Positions 25,901 to 37,164 of a DNA stretch of 64,000 nt are shown here, piece after piece. Each line of letters starts with the position of its first letter. The first letter of the stretch is position 1. This stretch comes from Macrostomum lignano (taxonomy: Eukaryota), in assembly GCA_002269645.1 (NCBI GenBank), contig NIVC01003081.1, positions 123,710 to 187,709 of the forward strand. Direction: 5' to 3'. The notes under the pieces were generated by a model. That model did no database searches, was not told the origin of the DNA, and worked only from the letters and a program-made list of their open reading frames with translations. Both the position numbers and the translations under genes were made by a program.

Positions 25901-28900
25901 TGAACTAAAAAAAAAACGTTTAAAATAAATGAGAAGACCAATTTAACATGAAAAATCGATTAATGCGTCCTTAGAGCAGCATGTGGGGCACAAAATAGTG
26001 TGATTAGGACTTTCTCTGACACTGTTAAGAGACCCAATCACGGTTTTAGTGTTAAAAAACGTGAAATTTCCTATCTCCGTAGTGTATTTTTCCGGTGAAA
26101 CCTGCCTTTAAAACTATAACACCCATATATAGAAACAGTTTTGTTAGTTTCTGCCAAATTGGCCTTGAAAGGAGTTGTCGCGAGTCACAGCCATGAGAGC
26201 CAGCCCCTAAGGGTGCACAGAGATTGTACATGTGAATCTCAGTAATTATAAAGTCATTGATAATTCAAATAAAATATGAGTGAAAAAAAAATTTCAGATT
26301 CTATTTTCTTTACTGACAGTAGTCTAATTATGATATGATTATAAAATATTATTGCAGTCCTCAACTAGCCGATTGTTGGCTTCGTGCAATCGAGGCATTC
26401 CCGACCTCGACAACAACAGCAGCAACAACAACAGCTGTTACGGAACAGCAGCAGCAGCGCCAGAGTTCTGTCGACAGTCTTCATCTAGTCGATCTGCTTG
26501 TCCTCGCCGCTGCTTTTAGCGCCGCTCGCAGAAGCGGCGGCGGCGGCAGCTCTCGAAACTCACGACGCCGTCGGCAAGCCGTGCTCCGCCTGTGCCGGTC
26601 GCTGATTCGCAACCGCCGCCTGCCGGCCAGGTGCGGCGCCGACCTTCGCTGTCATCACCCGGTGCTGGCCAGGCGGATGGCTGAACAGCTTGTCGACTTA
26701 CTCGACGGTCTGGCAGCTAACAGCGCCGCCGCTGACTCATCGTCACTGGCAGCTGGGCAGAGCTGGGCTCGGGCAGTCAGCTCCGACATGTTTGGCTGCC
26801 TGTCTCCGCACTGGCAGCAGAGCCTGGTCGCCTGCCTGCTGAGCCGTCTTGGCTCCGAGCCAGATCACGCGCTGCAATGCCTCGTCGATGTGGCCGACGC
26901 TTGGCCAACTGAGCTGGCCAGTTTCGCCGCTCTGCTCCGTGCGGCGCTGGACGTGCTGCACCAGCTGGGCCCGGGTCAGGCCAGGCTGCTGTACTCCGCA
27001 TTGGCCAGGCTGGCTTACAGAGGCTGCGGTGGCGGTAGGCAGGCTCTGCAGGACGATCTGTGCATTCTGGTTAGGAAACAGCTGTGGCACAGTAGGCCAA
27101 TGTATCAGGTGAGGCTGTTTTGGGAGGCAGGAAGACTGATGAAGGAGCCATTGAATAGTTGATAGGATTAGAGATGAGAATTTGGGGCTGAGGTGAGATG
27201 TAGAGTGGAGATGAGAGTTAAGTATAGAGATGAGAGGTAGGGGTAGAGATTAGAGGTATGTGATAGAGATGAGATGTATGGGGTAGAGATGAGATGTATG
27301 GGGTAGAAATGAGAGGTATGGGGTAGAAATGAGAGGTATGGGGTAGAGATGAGATGTATGGGGTAGAAATGAGAGGTATGGGGTAGAGATGAGAGGTAAG
27401 GGGTAGAGATGAGAGGTATGGGGTAGAGATGAGAGGTATGGGGTAGAGATGAGAGGTATGGGGTAGAGATAAGAGATAGGGATGAGAGATAAGGAGTAGA
27501 GATGAGAGGTAGGGAGTAGAGAAAAGAGGTAGGGAGTAGAGATGAGAGGTAGGGAGTAGAGATGAGAGGTAGGGAGTAGAGATAAGAGGTAGGGAGTAGA
27601 GATAGGAGGTAGGGAGTAGGGATAGGAGGTAGGGAGTAGAGATGAGAGGTAGGGAGTAGAGATAGGAGGTAGGGAGTAGAGATAGGAGGTAGGGAGTAGA
27701 GATGAGAGGTAGGGAGTAGAGATGAGAGGTAGGTAGTAGAGATAGGAGGTATGGGATGGAAAATGAGAGGTAGGTTCAGAGCCAAGGTGAAGATCCCTGC
27801 CCAAGCCCCTTCATTCTCTCAATCGCGCAACCCGCAGTCCTACGGAGTCCTGGGCGTCTTGGCCATGCTGCAGTGCATCACACCGTCAGAGGAGCTTCAA
27901 CAGCGCCACCTTCTACTGTCCCAACAACTCGGCTCCCAGCAGGTGGCCGCCTGCGAATCTACCGAAGACGTTAAAAGCGCCGTCAGTCTGGTTAACCTGG
28001 TGCGCAAAGCGTGCACCCAGGCGCCGCACGTGTCGCTTCTGTTCCTAGACGAGCTGGCCTCGCTGCTAGAGGCCGGCAAGCTCAACGCTAAGCTGGCCGC
28101 CTGGCTGGCAGAGGTTGCTAAAAAAGATTTCTTCGATAATTATACGTCCCCGTCTAGTGTAGGGGTTGATGAGGCGGCTGCTAGCGATACTACTAGGCAG
28201 CCTCGGTTGGGGCTGGCCCAGTCTGCTGCTCAGATGGCTGTGGCCATAGACAGCGTGCCCGCCAGGCGGCTGCCCTGCCTGCCCGCCCACCTCCGCCTGC
28301 TGGCAGCCTGCGTGCCCGCCAGGGGTATCGCCGGATTGGCGCTCTGCCCTCTGATCATGCCGCATCCGCAGCTGTGCTCACCGCCTGTGCTGCTGGCTGC
28401 CGCCAACTGGTGCACCCAGGTGAGGGCCTGTCTGGCTATCACTCACTCATTCACTCACTCACTTACTCACTCACTCACTCATTCACCCACACTCACTTAC
28501 TCACTCACTCACTCATTCACCCACACTCACTCACTCAATCACTTACTCACTCACTCACTCATTCACCCACACTCACTCACTCATTCACTCACTCACTCAC
28601 TCACTCACTCACTCACTCATTCACTCACTCACTCACTCACTCATTTCACTCCTCGCCACCCGTCCCCCAAAGGTCGCCAACTCGTTCGCCAGCTCGCCAG
28701 AATTCGAATCCGCCGTAGTCGATCGTCTTCGTCGCAGTGTCGAACTTCGAGCCGAATTCGAATTGTCGATCTGTCGTCCAAACTCTTCAGCCGCCGCAGC
28801 AGCCGCCGCAGATGCTGCTAACAGTAGCGAGGCGGGCGTGAGCGGAGGCGGAATCCGCAGCACTCGCTGGGAGCAGCCGCTGCCTCTGGCCCAGCTTGAC

Positions 28901-31900
28901 GGCACCGCCGTCACACACGTCACCCTGCGCTGGCAGAACACTCAGCAGCCTTCAAAACCGAAAAAGAGCAACAGCCGACCGGCGAAGAAGCGCCGACGAG
29001 GACGGCGAGCCACTGATGACGGCGATGACGACGACGAGGAAGAGCAGCTTGAAGACAACGACAGCGTCGGCTTGGGCTTCGGCCATTTCGACGCCAACGA
29101 TTCGGTGGCTGCGGCGGCCGCCGCCGTTGTATCGTCCGTGGTTGAAGATCTGGCGACGGTTGCCAAAGATGGGCAGAATCAGATGAAGCGGCAGTCCGGC
29201 GCTGGGGTCGCTGTTAACAAACTGGTCAGCGCTGAGCAGCTGGGCCCCTGCTATCGACTGCTGACTGACAGCGTCTTTCTGCTGATGGCCAAGTGGACAG
29301 ATGAGCAGGTGGGCGCAAGTGAGAGGAGTACGATTGTAGTTCAAGATGTACTATTGTAGTTCAAGATGTACTATTGTAGTTCAAATGTACTATTGTAGTT
29401 CAAATGTACTATTGTAGTTCAAATGTACTATTGTAGCTCAAATCTACTATTGTAGTTTAATATGTACTATTGTATTTCAATATGTACTATTGTAGTTCAA
29501 ATGTACTATTGTAGTTCAAATGTACTATTGTAGCTCAAATCTACTATTATTGTTCAATATGTACGAGTACTATTGTAGTTCAAGATGTACTCTTGTAGTT
29601 CAAGATGTACTATTGTAGTTCAAGATGTACTATTGTAGTACAAGGCGTACTATTGTAATGTTCAAGATGTATTTTTAGTTCAAAGAGTTCTTTGTGTACT
29701 TTGTGTAGGAATATACAGAAGACTAGTGTTATTAAACATCAATTTGTTACATCGGTCTCTCTTTTGAACGCATGTAAAATTAACAGATGGGCGAGCCACT
29801 GATTCTGCACCTACTTGAAGATCTGCATCGTCGGGCCGTCGGTCTACTTGGCAGTCACTCTGGCAACCGAGGACGATTCGGTAGAAGTTGTTCCTCAGCG
29901 CCCGCAGATCCTGATGCCGTTAATGAATTTCTGGCCACTGTCAGCCAGCTCAGTGCCAGGCTGGTCGGCCTGCTGCTCAAGGCCGCAGACCCTTCGTCGT
30001 CAAGGACCCCGGCGCCATTGAATAATCGAAACAACGAGAGTCGCAACAGCGACGCAATCTCTGAAGATGAAGCTGATCATCCAGCTTCCAAGAGCGTCCT
30101 TGACAGCAGCTGTAGCGGTCGAATAGTCCAGCTAATTGTGAGCATACTCAGCCTGACTGTTAGTCGAATGTCGAATGATAAATCGGGACTATTGCTGGCG
30201 ACTTTGATGCCGTTAGCTAAGCCTGATTTAGCGCCCGACGCCGACCTAGCAACGGTTGCTAAGCAAGCGGCAGCCTGCGTTGGCCGTTTGATTCCGTCCG
30301 CCTGTCCGACTTTAGAAACGGCACTGGACGCCCTGACTCTGTGTCGGTGCATTCTGGGCGCTCCGAATGACGACATGCTGGTGTGGAGTGGCGAAGTTCT
30401 CGTTCGGCGATGGGATATTAAGAAGCGGGACCAGCTGGCCAGGGTTTACCGGCTGCTTGTCGAGGCGGCCAGGTGAGGCAATCGCTTTTGTTAACGTGTT
30501 AGCCGATATGTATCGAAAAATAAGAATTTTAGTACTGCTTTGTCACGATACCGTGTCTGTTCAAGTTTCCCGATATTTATCGATAGATAGGAAATTTTGA
30601 TTGCCCTAATAAATTATGTTCAACTAGAGCCGATATGTATCGATATATAGGAAACTTTGATTGCCCTAATAAATTATGTTCAACTAGAGCCGATATGTAT
30701 CGATAGATAGGAAATTTTGATTGCCCTAATAAAATATGTTCAACTAGAGCCGATATGTATCGATAGATAGGAAATTTAGATTGTCCTATAAATAATGTCC
30801 AACTAGAGCCGATATGTATCAAAATGTTTGTTGAACAGCAAGTTTTTAAAGTTCAATGCTAAATTGGTTTTAACTGACTATTCTCGTGTATTGTATCCAT
30901 TAACAACTTTGCCGATATGTATCGAAAGCTATAGTATGTCGTTTTCACCCATGTCACCAATTTTACTAGCCCCGCGAAGCGGCCCGCTCTGATTGGCCGC
31001 CTGCTAGCCAATCACATCCAGCCTGTGGCTGCCGGCGTCTCCACCTCAATCGAATCGGCCGACGATCCCGACGCCGTCTGTCCGAGCCTGACCAGGCCGG
31101 GAGTGCCAGACGCTTTCGCCCAGTTGTTAGGCGATTTGGCTAGGCACTGCCAGTCCAATTGCGGCATACTACTGCCGCAGGCTAGTAGTAACAATAGCGT
31201 CGCTAGCGACGAATCCGATCAGCAGCTGCTGATGCGCGGGTGGCCAGACAGCCTGGCTGCTCTGCACGTCGGGCTCGATGTTGTGCGAGCCTGGCCCGAG
31301 TGCGTGCGACTGCAGGTGCGTGCACTCTTGGCGATATGTATCGAAATGATGAATAGTCGACGCTAATAATATCAGATAACTCTTGATAGCATTGTCTACT
31401 CTACTTCGTAAATATTTTAAGCATTGTTTTTTATATACTTTGAGACGATATGTATTGACATTAACAAGTTTTGTATTATTCAACAGTCGCCGATATGTAT
31501 CGAAAATACGGAAAATTATAGCTCTGTTTAAATTACTTGCCATTGAGGTTTTGAAATTAAAATTTTTGTGTGAGTTTTTTATCTACAGATTGTTTGAACT
31601 GTGAAGCCGATATGTATCGAAAAATATAATCCAATTTTTATCCAGACTGGAGCTTTTTTATTTAATAATTTAATAGCCGATATGTATCGAAAATTACATA
31701 ACTTACCAACTTTTTTCACATGCGCTCAGGCCATCGCTCTCCGCCATGGTCGGGCCCTAGTCGAGTCCTTCATGCGTCACGGCCTGCCCCTTCTCGGCCG
31801 TCAGTTTCGCTGTCGCAGCGAGCCGGCTGTCCGCCTACTCAAGCAGATCCAGCTGTCCACCCGTCAGCTGCAGGCCGTGGCCAACACCTGCAAAGATCGG

Positions 31901-32206
31901 AACGACGGACCAACTTCGGCGCTGGTGCCGCCGCTCCGGCGCACCCTGGAGACTTTCATCTACCGGGTTCGCGCCCTGGTGGCCCGACACGACTGCGCCG
32001 CCGCCTTCGAGCCCGGCCAGCTCAAATTGAAGAACATCCAGGGCGAAGAGATGGACGAGATTCGCCGGCCGGAGGACTACGATGTTTCGTCGACATCGGA
32101 TGAAGATGAAGCCGCTGGTGAGGACGGCGATGAGGAGGCGGCCTACGGCGATAGCGACGCTGCTGCCGACGATTGCGGCGACGATGATGGCGAGGAAGAA
32201 GCTTGA
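22958..32206 (+). CDS. FANCD2: Fanconi anemia group D2 protein; exons 22958-23167, 23395-23628, 24031-24758, 26358-27108, 27838-28419, 28673-29308, 29787-30472, 30970-31315, 31730-32206 (~1549 aa)
   Basis: SLMRCLLEVPPLQ, NYTKLILSQFRYL, DCWLRAIE, QDDLCILVRKQL (monoubiquitination-site lysine equivalent at 27076-27078), LILHLLEDL, RHGRALVESFMRHGLPLL...VPPLRRTLETFIYRVRAL...LKNIQGEE and an acidic tail; GT-AG junctions with consistent phases. Confidence 0.92.
23645..23990. repeat. 28-31-bp minisatellite (CAGTTGCTGGGCCACCAGCCTCCCAGATCCT), FANCD2 intron 2
   Basis: Tandem array. Confidence 0.9.
24806..25858. mobile_element. Foldback-like element: long inverted arms built from a 34-35-bp minisatellite around a ~170-bp AT-rich spacer, FANCD2 intron 3
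   Basis: Left arm GCCACTGTACATTGCGTCCCC..(CCAATCAGACATTGCGTCCCCTCTCTCCCTGCAG)n..AGCTTCGGTCTAT..TGGCCTGGACA; the right arm is its reverse complement and ends ATGTACAGTGGC. Confidence 0.8.
27165..27775. repeat. 20-bp purine-rich minisatellite (GATGAGAGGTATGGGGTAGA / GATGAGAGGTAGGGAGTAGA), FANCD2 intron 4
   Basis: Tandem array with two sub-variants in blocks. Confidence 0.95.
28438..28648. repeat. (TCAC)n microsatellite, FANCD2 intron 5
   Basis: Direct reading. Confidence 0.95.
29330..29670. repeat. 19-20-bp minisatellite (GTACTATTGTAGTTCAAGAT), FANCD2 intron 6
   Basis: Tandem array. Confidence 0.9.
30575..30822. repeat. 60-bp tandem repeat (~4 copies) containing GCCGATATGTATCGAT, FANCD2 intron 7
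   Basis: Copies at 60-bp spacing (30629, 30689, 30749, ~30808). Confidence 0.9.
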
Positions 32207-32258
32207 CCAGGGTGACACAGTAAATTAGTAAGCGCGCTTGGACAGTTGGATATCTAGT

Positions 32259-32332
32259 GCGGCCTGTGGCGTAGTGGTTAGAGCGTCCGCTGTTAAACCG
32301 CTCTGCCGGGGTTCGAACCTCGATTCGTTCGC
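32259..32332 (+). pseudogene. tRNA-Asn(GTT)-like sequence (pseudo-tRNA or SINE head)
   Basis: A box TGGCGTAGTGG, loop CTGTTAA, B box GGTTCGAACC; resembles eukaryotic tRNA-Asn, but the acceptor and anticodon stems pair poorly. Confidence 0.6.
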
Positions 32333-33167
32333 GTTAATATTAAATTAAACAGCCTGAAAGTTAATTCAAAATTAAGTTAAAATTTATCTGTTGCTACTGC
32401 TTTATTCAGTAGTAGTTTAAAGTTTTACGCAAATTAAACCGATATTTATCGAAAGCCTTTAAATAATTACTTCTCTCAGTCATACGTTGATATTGATACA
32501 AAACAGTATCTCATAGGCCTACTAATTCAACCATCGTTTCGTCTAGCCGATATGTATCGAAAAAGTTATAATAATTTTTCAAACTTTTATAGTCCTATCA
32601 AACAGCTTTCTACAATATTTTTGTAAGCGTTTTTTGTTCTACTTTAACAAATCTTGGCATTTGATTTGCAAGCATATATTTTGCTATTTGTTTCTTGGCT
32701 TACTTTAAAAGCCCTCTCTCCTACGTTTAGCTGTTTGTTCTTGCTAAATAAACTGAATATTATTTTTTCCGGTCCTGTGTTTGGTTCATACGAGTATTAA
32801 TTCTGGGTTAGATATTATTTGTGGTAAAATCTATCAAAATATAGCCTAGCCTTTAGGTATAAAGCTTCTACTATAAAGAATATGATTTGTATAAATCTAA
32901 ATAACGATCAGATAGCCGATATGTATCGAAATTTCTATATTGAACTTGTTTTGCCGATATGTATCGAAATACTAGTGTAAAAATTATTATAGCCGATATG
33001 TATCGAAATGTTTTAATTGAATCTGTGGTAGCAGATATGTATCGAATAGCTAGATCTATCGAAGTATCTAAAAGTTAGAGACTTGATTAGCCGATATGTA
33101 TTGATATATTTAAAACCAATATCAATTTACGCCTTCCCACCTTCCAGCCAGCCGGCTAGTGCTAGTC

Positions 33168-34730
33168 ATGCTGTCCAATCAGAGCACGCGCCTTATAGCC
33201 GACCTGAAGCGCGGCCTGTCCACCGGCCTGCCAGCGTTCGAAGAGGACCGAGTCCGCCATCTGCTAGCCGAAATCGACGCCCTGTTCCAGCAGAATCGCG
33301 AAGCCATCGGCGAAGCCCTCGCCGATTCGAACAACGCCGCCCTGACCGCGCAGGAGAAGGAGCTGAGAGCCGGCCGGTCGCACAACAGCATCCAGCTGCG
33401 TCAGGCGGTGATGGAGCGGAATAAGCGCTGTCTGCTGGCCTATCTGTACCATAGACTGGTGCAGCTGCGCCGCATGCGCTGGGAGCTCGGCCCGATCCTG
33501 CCAGCCAATGTGCAGCTAAATGCTCGCGACGAAGAGATCAACTGGTTCTCCGGCTACAACCGGATGCTGGCCCACTACATGCAGGTTGTGCACGGTTGGA
33601 GTGTCAGGGGTTGCTCAGGGGTCAGCAGATTGGGCATCCAGCTTGTTTAGCTCTGTGTGCTAACCGCGGCCAACTCAGCTTAACCTGCACAATGGCGTAG
33701 CCAGTGGGGAGGTCAAGGGGGTCCCAAGTCCTCAATAGACTGGTAAAATTGATGGCGTTCACTGCCCCCTATGAGGCTGGCGCCCTTGCTGTTGGCGCCC
33801 CTTGGGTTCTGGCGCCCCTTGCTGTTGGCGCCCCTTGGGTGCTGGCGCCCCTTGGGTGCTGGCGCCCCTTGGGTGCTGGCACTACTTGGGTGCTGGCGCC
33901 CGGGTCCATGAGAATTGCCCGCAGACGAATTGCCCGCCGAGATTTGCCCGCAATCCTTTTTTTGCAGCGCATTTGGCCACGCGGCAGATTTTGTCTGCAT
34001 TGCCTTCCCAATGCTTAGTACGTGTTAATCTTAATAAAGAGATTTACACGATCAAAACGTTTTGATAGTAACTGCATATCAAATGCATATTTTGGGGGGA
34101 GCAATATATGGACAGAATCTAGCTGCCAAATGCGCTGCAAAAAAAGGATTGCGGGCAAACCTCGGCGGGAAAAAACTCGGCGGGCAATTCGCTCGCGGGC
34201 AATTCACTCGCGGGAAAATTGCATTGCGGGCAAATCTCGGCGGGCAATTCTCGGCGGGCAAATCTCCACGGGCAATTCGCTCACGGGCAAAATGCACTGC
34301 GGGCAAATCTCCGCGAGAAAAGCTCGGCGGGTAAATCTCCACGGGCAAATCTCCTGCGGGCAAATCTCGGCGGGCAATTCGTCTGCGGGCATTTCTCGTG
34401 CTCCCGCTGGCGCCCCTTGGGTGCTGGCGCCCTCTGTTGCGCTAATTTTACAGTATCTCTCGCTGATTTTACAAAGATTTCGTATACATAAATTTCTTAA
34501 ATTATCCCTAATATTAATCGCAGACTACAGGATTCGATCTCACCGTGAACCGCCAGCCGCCAAAGAGTCTATTCGTTGAAGTGCGCTGCCTTCAGGACTA
34601 TGGCCAGCTGGAGACCGAGGACGGCTGTCTGGTGAACTTGAAGAAGGGCAGCCATCACTACCTGCTGCACAGCGACACGGAGCTGCTAGTGCGGCAGGGT
34701 GTGCTGGAGCACGTGGGTAGCAACCACTGA
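33168..34730 (+). CDS. GINS1: GINS complex subunit PSF1; exons 33168-33584 and 34524-34730 (~207 aa)
   Basis: LPAFEEDRVR, MERNKRCLLAYLYHRL..MRWELGPILP, EEINWFSGYNRMLAHYM|..PPKSLFVEVRCLQDYG..LKKGSHHYL..LVRQGVLEH. Confidence 0.95.
33902..34405. mobile_element. Mutator-like MITE (~50-bp TIRs, GCGGGCAAAT subterminal repeats) in the GINS1 intron
   Basis: TIRs GGGTCCATGAGAATTGCCCGCAGACGAATTGCCCGCCGAGATTTGCCCGCA / TGCGGGCAAATCTCGGCGGGCAATTCGTCTGCGGGCATTTCTCGTGCTCCC; GCTGGCGCCC (10 bp) on both flanks. The flank is itself a minisatellite, so the TSD call is less secure. Confidence 0.7.
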
Positions 34731-35053
34731 CTTCGTATTTAATCATTTGTTTTTTAACTACTATTAGTAGCTGTATTGTGCAGCATTTCACTAAGTCTTT
34801 ACCAATATTTATCAAATACAACTTTCGCATTTAAATGAGTATTTCTATGTGTTTTTTATTATATATCTACTAACAGCTATTTTCTACGTGTTCTATATAC
34901 TACTGGACGTTTAATTTATAATTTGTTACGCCAAATATAAAATAATACTACTGCGTGAACGCGATTGAAGTTTGTCTGCCAGCTGTTGTATTTATTAACT
35001 GATTAAGCAATTCAAATATTTGACTTCAGTGTTTACTTCAAGTAACTGGATAA

Positions 35054-36226
35054 CTACTCGTTGCACACCTGCTGCAGCCGCAGAAACTCTGTTTTATTGA
35101 GAAGTTTCGTGCTCAGCGCAAAGCACAGCATGCTACCTTTTAGACAGGTTGCATCGCTTGATGACGAGCCGAGTCGCAGGCACTGAAACACCACGTTTGA
35201 TCGATCAAGAGGGGCATTTGAAGTTCGTGAAACTCCGACCAGCGATCCGTTTTGGTACACGCGCTGGTGTCCGTTCCGGTCGAAGGTAACCCCAGCAGAG
35301 AACAGGTGCTCAGCTCCGTCAACCGGCAGAAAATAGCTCGAATAGCCGTATATCTTCTCACCAACAGTACCGTCAGCGGACAGCCAGGCATAGCCGTAAA
35401 AGTAATCGTCATTCTTGATGAGCGAGCAACCAATGCCACTGCCCGAGCACGCCTGGAACCTGCTGTAGTACTGTCTCCTGCAGTGATAGCATTCTCATGG
35501 TCAAGCACTATGAAATGCATGTACGAGCTAATCTATCTGCTCAAGTCTAGCGAAAACGACTCACCCGCTAGTAAAAACGTGCCGAACCTGAGCAAAAGTC
35601 GATTAGGTGGAACCGACTCCCAGAAACTTCTCAAAACCGGGAGTCTTAGTGCTCAAGTAGGAGCCCGTGTTGCCCTTGAAGTGAGCACCAGCTGCATCAA
35701 TTGTCACGTCGTGAGCCCTGAGACAGGACAGTCTCGGGTTGACCTCATTCTTCAGACCGCTCCGAGAGAACTTGTAGAACAGCTTCAGCTTGAGCGGTTT
35801 GACCAAGGGCTCAGAAGACTCTGCAGTGGAACAGATCAATTTAAATCAATTTAAACAAAGCAAATGACTTCATTGGAGCGATGCAGAATTGTCAACACAG
35901 CTGCAGCCACTGAGCCGCTCACCGCAGTCTCCGCACAGCACATCGGTGTACTTGTAAGAGTCGCAGTCGCCGTCAGTCCATTGCTTGAGTTGGGAACACG
36001 CGTCTCCATGGTAACACAGGCGGGTGGCGATGTCGAAGTGGAATGCGTTGCAGGTGGGCAGTCGGGAGCAGGCGGCGGCACACTGCAACTTGCTGGCCAG
36101 GCGGTGCGGCAGCGGAGAGGCGTCTGTGGTGGGGCAGCGTCGGGTCTTCTCGAATGACAGCTCAGCAGCAGCAGCAGCAAGTCTGAAAGAGACCAGTGAA
36201 AAAAGCAGAGCTAAAAAATAAATCAT
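35054..36226 (-). pseudogene. PAN/Apple + LamG-like secreted protein, copy A; exons 36226-35923, 35820-35565, 35477-35054; in-frame TAA at 35603-35605
   Basis: Same exon structure as the intact paralogs; TAC(Tyr)>TAA in exon 2 relative to copies B and C. Confidence 0.75.
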
Positions 36227-37164
36227 CCTAGCTTGGAGTTTACTCAGCTTCGTCAGGGCTTAGTTTCAATCGATGCCTGCTGATTCACTCAATTGCTCTC
36301 TATTTTACCTTTATAGGAAAATCTGACTCGTGCTGGCTTATTTGATCACCTCTGCCTTCTAGCTGGTTGCAAATTCAGAAAAGTTGAGTTTCTCTTTGTT
36401 TTGCACTCAGCAAGTATCGATGCTTTTATCAAAAGCATGGATGTCAGGCCTGACAGCAGCATGCAGAATGTCAAACAATATGAAGCATTTTTTGTTTGAA
36501 CAGCGACTGTACCATGGTATCCTTGCATGCATTTTTAAAAAGCTAACTGGAATTGAAGCGACCCGAATCAAACGCAAATCCGACAATTCTGAAGGCGGGA
36601 CGCGCAGTTTTGCTTGCATCAGGCAAGGTGGAAATCGGAACAAGTAAGAGTTGTACATTCCTCTGCAGTCGGGATGCATGATATTGGGTAAAACATCCCA
36701 CGCCTGCCTCCGATTCGGCACCGTCAGCCAATTTTTATCAAGTTCCCAATAGGTTTTAGGATATTCCAATACATTCGTTCGAAGTTCGAAGTCGGTAGTA
36801 AACCAGAGATTAATTTTGAGATGCAAAAAATGCGACATTTATTCGAATAGACGCCATGGTCACTGCTCCAGTATATGAAATTTCGATTTCACAATTAGAA
36901 CTCTGAATACTAAGTTTGCGCGTACCTATTCAAAGGGATTCTGTAAACATTCCATTTGAGAATTGTGGCAATTGTCTGAGGCGTGAGAACTGTGCGTGTT
37001 TTAAACAATGGACAAATATATGTAGGTGCTTGAAGGACACTCAGCAATGAAGTTTTTACACAGCTAACAAATTCACATTTATAAATGTAGGATGGGTTGC
37101 CTTTTGAACCATTTTAATTTTGGAGCAGTTAGTTTGATTTGAAAAGTGTCTGCTCATACAGGAA

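Noticed and set aside
22047-28821. Repeat-rich ORFs (SESRHPLYKP, QPIRHCVPSL, ISTPYLSS, THSL)
   Set aside because: Satellite translations in intergenic DNA or FANCD2 introns.
30502-33105. Repeat-plus-unique-spacer pattern suggesting a CRISPR-like array
   Set aside because: Eukaryotic context, 16-bp repeat, highly irregular spacers interrupted by exons, no cas genes; kept only as a motif cluster.
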